Shown here in pieces: positions 41,958 through 47,907 of a stretch of 47,907 nt of DNA. Position 1 is the first letter of the stretch. Every line of letters starts with the position of its first letter. This DNA comes from an uncultured Chryseobacterium sp. (GTDB lineage Bacteria; Bacteroidota; Bacteroidia; Palsa-965), in the NCBI GenBank assembly GCA_964394965.1, contig CAYMZV010000001.1, forward strand, positions 1-47,907. The letters run 5' to 3'. The position numbers and the translations under genes are program-made. Under the pieces are notes generated by a model. It was not told the origin of the DNA and did no database searches. It saw only the letters and a list, made by a program, of their open reading frames with translations.

Positions 41958-44900
41958 TTAATTGTGTTTTGTAATGTGTACTAACGTTTTAATCTTCTCG
42001 TCCACTTCTACTGCGACTGATTCTTTTTCATGAAAATCATTCACCAGTTCAAGTGTAGTAGCCAGAGTTTCAGAGCAAATATAATTGAAATTATTTCTCA
42101 CAGCAGAGACAAGCAACTCATGCGATTTTATCTTCACATCGATTTTGTCCGTTACTTCAAAATCCTTGTCCTTTCTAATGTTCTGAATGCGATTGACAAG
42201 CTCCCTTGCCAGCCCTTCTTCCCTCAATTCGGGCGTCAACGTAATGTCAAGCGCAACTGTAAAACGACCATCAACAGCCACCAACATTCCCGGCAAATCA
42301 CCCACAAGTATCTCAACCTCAGCTAGTTCTATTTTTATTGTTTCGCCGTCCAACACCAAATTGAAGAATCCGTTACGCTCCATCGATGCAATGTCCTCTT
42401 GCGTGAAAGCCGCAAATGCGGCCGCTGCCGACTTCATGTGCTTGCCGAGTTTTTTCCCCAGCAATTTGAAATCCGGCTTAATCTTTTTTACAAAGACACC
42501 TGATTCCGTGACATATTCCAGCGCTTTTACGTTCGTTTCGGCCAAAATGAGGTCTTTTACCAACTCCAAACGGGCACGGAATTGCTCGTCCAAAACCGGA
42601 ATCATGATGCGTGTAAGAGGTTGACGAACGCGAATATTTTCTTTTCTGCGCAACGATCTCACCAACGAAGAGAATTTTTCCGCAAGCTCCATGCGTTCTT
42701 CCAACTCGTGATCAATTAATTTCTCATCCGTTTTTTTGAGAAGCGTAAGATGAACGGACATTTCCGTTTTTTTATTTTCAATCGCATCCGCATTCAGGTT
42801 GTGATACAACCAATCAGCAAAAAATGGTGCGAATGGACTCATCAATTGCGCAACCGTATTCAAACATTCATACAGCGTTTCATACGCAGCCTGCTTGTCG
42901 CGCGTCAATTCACCTTTCCAGAATCTTCTTCTCGAAAGCCGAACATACCAATTGGACAAATGCTCGTCAACAAAATTTTCTATCGCGCGCGCTGCAGGTG
43001 TGGAATCATAATCGTCGAGACGTTCGGTGACGAATTTCAACAAGCTGTTCAAGCGGGAAATGAGCCAACGGTCCAATTCCGTCCGCTCTGAAACCGGAAC
43101 GATATTTTTTTCATCGAACACAAACTTGTCGATGTTGGCGTAGAGTGCGAAGAAGGAATATGTATTGTAAAGCGTTCCGAAAAATCCGCGTTGCACTTCC
43201 GCAATTCCATCCTTGTCGAATTTCAGATTGTCCCACGGCGACGCATTGGTAAACATGTACCAGCGCGTTGCATCGGGGCCGTACGTTTTCAGCGTTTCAA
43301 AGGGATCGGTGGCATTGCCCAGGCGTTTCGACATTTTCACGCCGACCTTATCGAGCACCAACCCGTTCGAGATGACATTTTTGTAAGCGACAGAATCAAA
43401 ACACATTGTTGCAATCGCGTGCAAGGTGTAAAACCATCCGCGCGTTTGATCCACTCCTTCGGCAATGAAATCGGCAGGGAAATATTTCCGTCCGTCGATC
43501 AATTCCCTGTTCTCGAATGGATAATGCAATTGCGCATACGGCATCGCACCGGAATCAAACCACACATCGATGAGATCCAATTCGCGGAACAGTTTTTTTC
43601 CGTTTCGTTCCAGAACAATATCATCCGAATACGGACGGTGCAAGTCGAATGTGTTGTAATTCTCTTTTGAAAAATTTCCCGGAACAAATTTCTCCAGCGG
43701 ATTTTTTTCCATGAATCCCTTTTGAATCGAATTTCCGATTTCGTTTTTCAATTCTTCCACCGAACCCACACAAATGATTTCGGTGTGATCTTCCGATTTC
43801 CAGATCGGCAATGGAATTCCCCAAAAACGCGACCGCGACAAATTCCAGTCCTGCAGATTATTCAGCCATTCGCCGAAACGTCCCGTTCCCGTTGATTCCG
43901 GTTTCCAATTGATGGTCCTGTTCAATTCCGCCATCCGCTCTTTCATCGAGGAAGCCTTGATGAACCAACTGTCGAGCGGATAATATAAAATCGGTTTGTC
44001 GGTTCGCCAGCAATGCGGATAATTGTGTTCGTACGTTTCCTTCTTGAATAATTTCCCCTCCTGCTCCAATTTCAAAACGATCCGTTCATCGACACTCAGA
44101 TATTCATTCGTGCGCGTAACGATTTTCGAAATGAGGTTTTCCAATTCGCCGCCCGAAAGTTTTTTCAAACGCTCCGCTTCCGATTTTTTTTTCTCATCGG
44201 ACAAATATTCCGCCTTCACGAATTCATTGGCAAAATCCTTCACCTCGGGACGGAATTTCCCGCGCAGGTCAACCAACGGAACGGCTTTTTTATTTTCATC
44301 CAACACCAGCATCGCAGGCACACCCGCAGCTTTCGCCGCACGCATGTCATCCGCACCGAACGTAGGCGCAATGTGCACTATTCCCGTTCCGTCTTCGGTA
44401 GAAACAAAATCGCCCGCAATCACACGAAATGCATTTTCCGGATTTTCATTGGGCAAAACGTAAGGGAGGAGCTGTTCATATTGCAACCCGACGAGATCGG
44501 AGCCTTTGAATTCGGCAATGGGTTGCCCTCCCATCATGAATGGTTTTCCGCTTTTTTTTACTTCACTAGAAAAGTTTTCAGGGTTTGTTTTCCCATGAGG
44601 ATGTGGATCTGTAAGTCCAGCGGGAACAGAGGGAGAAAAATATTTTGAAACAAGGTCTTTGGCAAGAATAACAATGATTGGATCTTTACCTGGGAAAAAG
44701 GGATGGAATGTTTGTATAGAAACATATTCAATATTATTCCCAACTGCTAACGCTGTATTCGACGGAAGCGTCCAAGGAGTTGTTGTCCATGCAAGAAAAT
44801 AAACATCACCAGAAGTTTTTCCTCCTATCAAACTTTCGACTTTCGACTTTTGACTTTCAACTAATTTAAACATCGCCGTCGCCGTCCGATCCTTCACGTT

Positions 44901-45506
44901 GCGATACGTTCCCGGTTGATTCAATTCATGCGAAGACAAACCTGTTCCTGCCGCCGGAGAATACGGTTGAATCGTATAACCCTTGTACAGCATATTTTTC
45001 TTGTACAGATCCTGCAACAGCCACCACACACTTTCGATGTACGAATTTTCGTAAGTGATGTACGGATGTTTCATGTCCACCCAATAACCCATCAGTCGCG
45101 TCAACTCCTCCCATTTGTCGGTGTAACGCATTACCGTTTCGCGGCACTTGTGATTGTATTCGTCAACGGAAATTTTCTTTCCGATATCCTCTTTCGTAAT
45201 TCCCAATTCCTTTTCCACACTCAACTCAATCGGCAAGCCGTGTGTATCCCAACCGGCTTTCCGTTTTACCTGTTTTCCCTTGAGTGTCTGGTAACGGCAA
45301 AAAATATCTTTCATCGCACGTGCCATTACGTGATGGATGCCGGGCATTCCATTGGCGGAAGGCGGCCCTTCGTAAAACACAAACGGTTGTGCGCCTTCGC
45401 GTGAAGAAACGCTTTTTTCAAAAACATGATTCTGATCCCAGTCGGCCAACACTTTTTCGGCGATGTCGGGAAGATTGAGATTGGAAAATTCGGGGTACTT
45501 TTTCAT
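41958..45506 (-). CDS. ileS: Isoleucine--tRNA ligase (long, type-2-like form)
   Basis: 1182 aa with HIGH-type motif PSANGMPGIHHV, KMSKS motif KMSKRLGN and editing-domain signature WTTTPWTLPSN. Confidence 0.95.
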   Translation of the reverse strand: MKKYPEFSNLNLPDIAEKVLADWDQNHVFEKSVSSREGAQPFVFYEGPPSANGMPGIHHVMARAMKDIFCRYQTLKGKQVKRKAGWDTHGLPIELSVEKELGITKEDIGKKISVDEYNHKCRETVMRYTDKWEELTRLMGYWVDMKHPYITYENSYIESVWWLLQDLYKKNMLYKGYTIQPYSPAAGTGLSSHELNQPGTYRNVKDRTATAMFKLVESQKSKVESLIGGKTSGDVYFLAWTTTPWTLPSNTALAVGNNIEYVSIQTFHPFFPGKDPIIVILAKDLVSKYFSPSVPAGLTDPHPHGKTNPENFSSEVKKSGKPFMMGGQPIAEFKGSDLVGLQYEQLLPYVLPNENPENAFRVIAGDFVSTEDGTGIVHIAPTFGADDMRAAKAAGVPAMLVLDENKKAVPLVDLRGKFRPEVKDFANEFVKAEYLSDEKKKSEAERLKKLSGGELENLISKIVTRTNEYLSVDERIVLKLEQEGKLFKKETYEHNYPHCWRTDKPILYYPLDSWFIKASSMKERMAELNRTINWKPESTGTGRFGEWLNNLQDWNLSRSRFWGIPLPIWKSEDHTEIICVGSVEELKNEIGNSIQKGFMEKNPLEKFVPGNFSKENYNTFDLHRPYSDDIVLERNGKKLFRELDLIDVWFDSGAMPYAQLHYPFENRELIDGRKYFPADFIAEGVDQTRGWFYTLHAIATMCFDSVAYKNVISNGLVLDKVGVKMSKRLGNATDPFETLKTYGPDATRWYMFTNASPWDNLKFDKDGIAEVQRGFFGTLYNTYSFFALYANIDKFVFDEKNIVPVSERTELDRWLISRLNSLLKFVTERLDDYDSTPAARAIENFVDEHLSNWYVRLSRRRFWKGELTRDKQAAYETLYECLNTVAQLMSPFAPFFADWLYHNLNADAIENKKTEMSVHLTLLKKTDEKLIDHELEERMELAEKFSSLVRSLRRKENIRVRQPLTRIMIPVLDEQFRARLELVKDLILAETNVKALEYVTESGVFVKKIKPDFKLLGKKLGKHMKSAAAAFAAFTQEDIASMERNGFFNLVLDGETIKIELAEVEILVGDLPGMLVAVDGRFTVALDITLTPELREEGLARELVNRIQNIRKDKDFEVTDKIDVKIKSHELLVSAVRNNFNYICSETLATTLELVNDFHEKESVAVEVDEKIKTLVHITKHN

Positions 45507-45535
45507 TGTTGAAAACGCTCCTTATTGGAGGGACG

Positions 45536-45543
45536 CAAAAATA
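45536..45543 (-). promoter_or_regulatory. Candidate -7 promoter box (reverse complement TATTTTTG) for ileS
   Basis: CAAAAATA on the plus strand, 30 nt upstream of the ileS ATG (45506). Confidence 0.35.
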
Positions 45544-45555
45544 CGGAAAAGGGAC

Positions 45556-45576
45556 GTGAGATGTGAGATGTGAAAT
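45556..45576. repeat. Heptamer tandem repeat (GTGAGAT GTGAGAT GTGAAAT)
   Basis: Three consecutive 7-mers directly upstream of the candidate ileS promoter. Confidence 0.8.
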
Positions 45577-45591
45577 GAGGGAGAAAAGCTG

Positions 45592-46257
45592 TTATTTCTT
45601 CCCCGGTTGCGTTGGAATGGTCAAGTGAACCGCCCTGAAAAGTGTGTCGTGCAGCGGATTTCCGAGGGAATCATATCTTTTCCAGAGACCGACGGGAGAA
45701 AAGTTGAAAAGGTCGCCTTCCGCATTCTTTTTCCCGTTCATGAAATAAACCGTACAGAAACCTGTTCCCGCAGAATCGGTTTCAAACGACTCACTCGTTT
45801 TTCCATTCCTGAAAAATTCCGTCCGCTGCATTTTCCCGTTGTCAAGACGCGTTCCGTTTACCTGCGCCTGTCCATTGTCGTACCACGCACGGTATTCGAG
45901 CAATGTTCCATTGTTTGTTTTGGAAATGGATTTCTTTTTCCCGTTCGGATAATACGCCGTCCACTGCCCTTCCGGTTTTCCGGCGAGAAACGTTTTCTGC
46001 TCGATCAATTTTCCATCGAGCGAAAAGTCCTTTTCGGAAAATGTGCTGTCTTGCATATCGGGCATTCCCGCTGCATAGGCAATGGCAATGATGTTTCCAT
46101 TGTCGGACAGGTACTTGAAACAGGTATCGTGTTCGGTGAAAATTTCCCAATGGATATTCCTGTTGTTGAGCACGATTTGCCCTTGCGATGTGATGACACG
46201 TTTCCTTCCGCAGGAAAAAAGGGAAAAAACCAACAATGAAAAAATAAAAAAACGCAT
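45592..46257 (-). CDS. Lipoprotein with MORN-variant / YwqK-like repeats
   Basis: 221 aa with a lipobox (FSLFSC) and repeated G.W..YY.NG.K motifs (GQWTAYYPNGKKK, YRAWYDNGQ, FFRNGK, YFMNGKK). Confidence 0.7.
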   Translation of the reverse strand: MRFFIFSLLVFSLFSCGRKRVITSQGQIVLNNRNIHWEIFTEHDTCFKYLSDNGNIIAIAYAAGMPDMQDSTFSEKDFSLDGKLIEQKTFLAGKPEGQWTAYYPNGKKKSISKTNNGTLLEYRAWYDNGQAQVNGTRLDNGKMQRTEFFRNGKTSESFETDSAGTGFCTVYFMNGKKNAEGDLFNFSPVGLWKRYDSLGNPLHDTLFRAVHLTIPTQPGKK

Positions 46258-46258
46258 C

Positions 46259-46885
46259 TTATCGGGTATGATTGTTTTCCAAACTGTCGACGATTTCCTT
46301 TTTGTCCTTGTTCATGTAAAATGAAACGGTCTTCCTGAAAGTGGAGTCGGAATGTGAATCGTAGAGTTGTTGCAGGATGTCATTTCCCTCTTTCATTTTT
46401 CCAAGCATGATGAGGTCGATCCCCTTGTTCATCAACAGGAAATCGTAATGACGGCCTTGCGGACTCAACGTATCCAATGCGGCATTAAAATGCGTCATTG
46501 CATTTTGGAAATATGTGTTTGCGGTAACGGAATCGTTTTTTCGCTGGTAAAAAGTCCCGATGGTGACATAAAAAACGGGATCATTCGGTTTGAGCCGATT
46601 CAATTCTTTTGCTGTTGCCAAGGCCCTGTCGTATTCTTTCAGTTTATCGAGAAATGCCAACTTGTTCCAATACGCGGTGAAATAATTGCTGTCGATTTTT
46701 GTCGCCTGATCGAGCATGCCGATCGCCTGTTGGATGTCCTCGTTTTTTCCCGAACGCGTGAGCATGCATGCGCGGTCGTTCAATTTTCTCGCCTGGGAAT
46801 CGACAACGCCTTTCGGATGATCGGCTTGATCATCGCAGGAAAAAAACAAAACCGGAAAAAGTATCAGAAGGGAAAAGCGTTTCAT
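46259..46885 (-). CDS. TPR-repeat lipoprotein
   Basis: ATG at 46885 gives MKRFSLLILFPVLFFSC (lipobox), followed by TPR-like helices. The listed ORF extends to 46981 through a direct-repeat region. Confidence 0.7.
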   Translation of the reverse strand: MKRFSLLILFPVLFFSCDDQADHPKGVVDSQARKLNDRACMLTRSGKNEDIQQAIGMLDQATKIDSNYFTAYWNKLAFLDKLKEYDRALATAKELNRLKPNDPVFYVTIGTFYQRKNDSVTANTYFQNAMTHFNAALDTLSPQGRHYDFLLMNKGIDLIMLGKMKEGNDILQQLYDSHSDSTFRKTVSFYMNKDKKEIVDSLENNHTR

Positions 46886-46892
46886 GCAAGAT

Positions 46893-46929
46893 TGTTGGAA
46901 AATTGGAAAGTTGAACTGTTGGAAAATTG
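46893..46929. repeat. 13-bp direct repeat TGTTGGAAAATTG x2 (period 24) just upstream of the TPR-lipoprotein start
   Basis: Copies at 46893-46905 and 46917-46929. Confidence 0.7.
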
Positions 46930-46984
46930 TAAAGCGGAAAAACGGTTTTAATTTTATTGATCGTAGCCTTTCAATTTTCAACTT

Positions 46985-47401
46985 TTAAATGGTGGCAATC
47001 ACTTTCAGTTCGATGGCGATGGGGGTGGGAAGGCAATTGATTTCTAGTGTGGTTCTGCAAGGCGGATTTTCCTTGAAATATTCGGCCCACAGTTTATTGT
47101 AAATGGGAAAATCGTCTTTCATGTTGGTGAGGAAAACGGTGACGTCAATGATCTTGTCCCAACCGCTTCCGGAATCTTCCAGGATATATTTCACATTCTG
47201 GAAAACGCTGCGGCATTGTTTTTCGATGTCGTAGGAAATTATTTTCCCGTTTTCATCGAGTTCCACTCCCGGAATTTTTTTCGTCCCCTTTTCGCGCGGA
47301 CCGACACCGGATAAAAACAGGAAATTCCCCACGCGTTTCGCATGCGGATAAAGGCCTACAGGTTCAGGCGCTTTGGAAGAGTTGATGGATTGTTCGGACA
47401 T
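46985..47401 (-). CDS. ridA: RidA/YjgF-family reactive-intermediate deaminase
   Basis: 138 aa with a typical RidA core (FLFLSGVGPRE...QCRSVFQNVKYILEDSG...IIDVTVFLTNM...PCRTTLEI..LP..IAIELKVIA). Confidence 0.85.
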   Translation of the reverse strand: MSEQSINSSKAPEPVGLYPHAKRVGNFLFLSGVGPREKGTKKIPGVELDENGKIISYDIEKQCRSVFQNVKYILEDSGSGWDKIIDVTVFLTNMKDDFPIYNKLWAEYFKENPPCRTTLEINCLPTPIAIELKVIATI

Positions 47402-47405
47402 GCCG

Positions 47406-47413
47406 CAAAGGTA
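47406..47413 (-). promoter_or_regulatory. Candidate -7 promoter box (reverse complement TACCTTTG) 4 nt before the ridA ATG, implying a leaderless mRNA
   Basis: CAAAGGTA on the plus strand at 47406-47413. The ridA start codon is at 47399-47401. Confidence 0.35.
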
Positions 47414-47445
47414 ATGTGCTGATGTGCTGATATGCTAATGTGCCG
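47414..47445. repeat. Octamer tandem repeat (ATGTGCTG ATGTGCTG ATATGCTA ATGTGCCG)
   Basis: Four consecutive 8-mers fill the gap between the ridA -7 box and the first 124-nt repeat unit. Confidence 0.8.
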
Positions 47446-47907
47446 ATGAAAATACTTAAGCGTTACCTCTTCTCCACCTTGGCATCCCAAACTTCACCCA
47501 CGGTTAGGGAGAAGAAGCCGGGGTGGTGAGATGGTGAGGGTGAAGTGAAAAATAAAAAGTATTCTACCGGTGAAAACACTTAGCCGTTACCTCTTCACCA
47601 CCCTGGCATCCCAAACTTCACCCAATGGTCAAGGAGAAGAAACCGGGGTGGTGAGCTGGTGAGGGTGAAGTGAAAAATAAAAAGTATTCTGTCTATGAAA
47701 ACACTTAACCGTTACCTCTTCACCACCCTGGCATCCCAAACTTCACCCACGGTTAGGGAGAAGAAGCCGGGGTGGTGAGATGGTGAGGGTGAAGTGAAAA
47801 ATAAAAAGTATTCTGTCTATGAAAACACTTAACCGTTACCTCTTCACCACCCTGGCATCCCAAACTTCACCCACGGTTAGGGAGAAGAAGCCGGGGTGGT
47901 GAGATGG
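47446..47907 (+). repeat. Tandem array of 124/125-nt units (3 full units plus 89 nt of a fourth) that continues past the window edge
   Basis: Unit starts at 47446, 47570, 47695 and 47819. Units 3 and 4 are identical over the visible 89 nt. Units 1 and 2 each differ from unit 3 at about 7 positions, and unit 2 has one extra nucleotide. No ORF of 60 aa or more on either strand. Confidence 0.9.

Noticed and set aside
41468-41974. 168-aa Cys/Phe/Arg-rich ORF on the plus strand (and the 93-aa ORF at 41174-41455)
   Set aside because: These are antisense translations of the GC-skewed AAG/GCN repeat DNA that encodes the Lys/Ala-rich proteins. They have no start context or motifs.
47446-47907. CRISPR array
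   Set aside because: The whole ~124-nt period is repeated nearly identically, so there are no unique spacers between short repeats. No cas genes are in the window.
1-47907. Mobile genetic elements, prophage, restriction-modification, toxin-antitoxin or known defence genes
   Set aside because: None of the ORF translations shows integrase, transposase, recombinase, phage structural, methyltransferase or familiar toxin motifs. The XRE gene is the only regulator of a type often found in such modules.

Overview
This 47.9-kb chromosomal window most likely comes from a member of the phylum Bacteroidota. The evidence is several cargo proteins with type IX secretion (T9SS) C-terminal sorting domains, many lipoprotein signal peptides, TAnnTTTG-type -7 promoter boxes, and the gene orders ileS-dksA-lspA, dut-flippase and TPR-DUF4292-M23 peptidase. 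I can support about 44 protein-coding genes, one tRNA-Asn(GUU), about ten intrinsic terminators and several repeats. Most genes are housekeeping: a hemN fragment with a PAS kinase and a REC-Crp regulator, sixA-ppk-ppx, plsC, msrA, asd, ileS, dut, ridA, enoyl-CoA hydratase and lspA. I saw no integrase, transposase, IS element, CRISPR array, rRNA or recognisable toxin or defence gene. Six things are not explained by the ordinary gene list. (1) An open-ended array of 124/125-nt tandem repeats runs off the right edge (47446-47907); each unit carries interlocking C-rich/G-rich complementary blocks and a 27-30 codon mini-ORF. (2) A small accessory islet (21.0-22.9 kb) holds two unrecognisable genes, an extremely AT-rich spacer with palindromes, a GC-rich hairpin-dense noncoding patch with a terminator, and a probably leaderless XRE regulator. 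(3) A promoter, mini-ORF, structured stem and terminator unit lies upstream of asd. (4) A G8 homopolymer splits an outer-membrane lipoprotein gene. (5) Two adjacent histone-H1-like Lys/Ala-rich genes follow ileS, one fused to DksA. (6) hemN, a PAS kinase and a REC-Crp/Fnr hybrid regulator form a translationally coupled operon. All family assignments come from motif recognition by eye. No database search or folding program was run.
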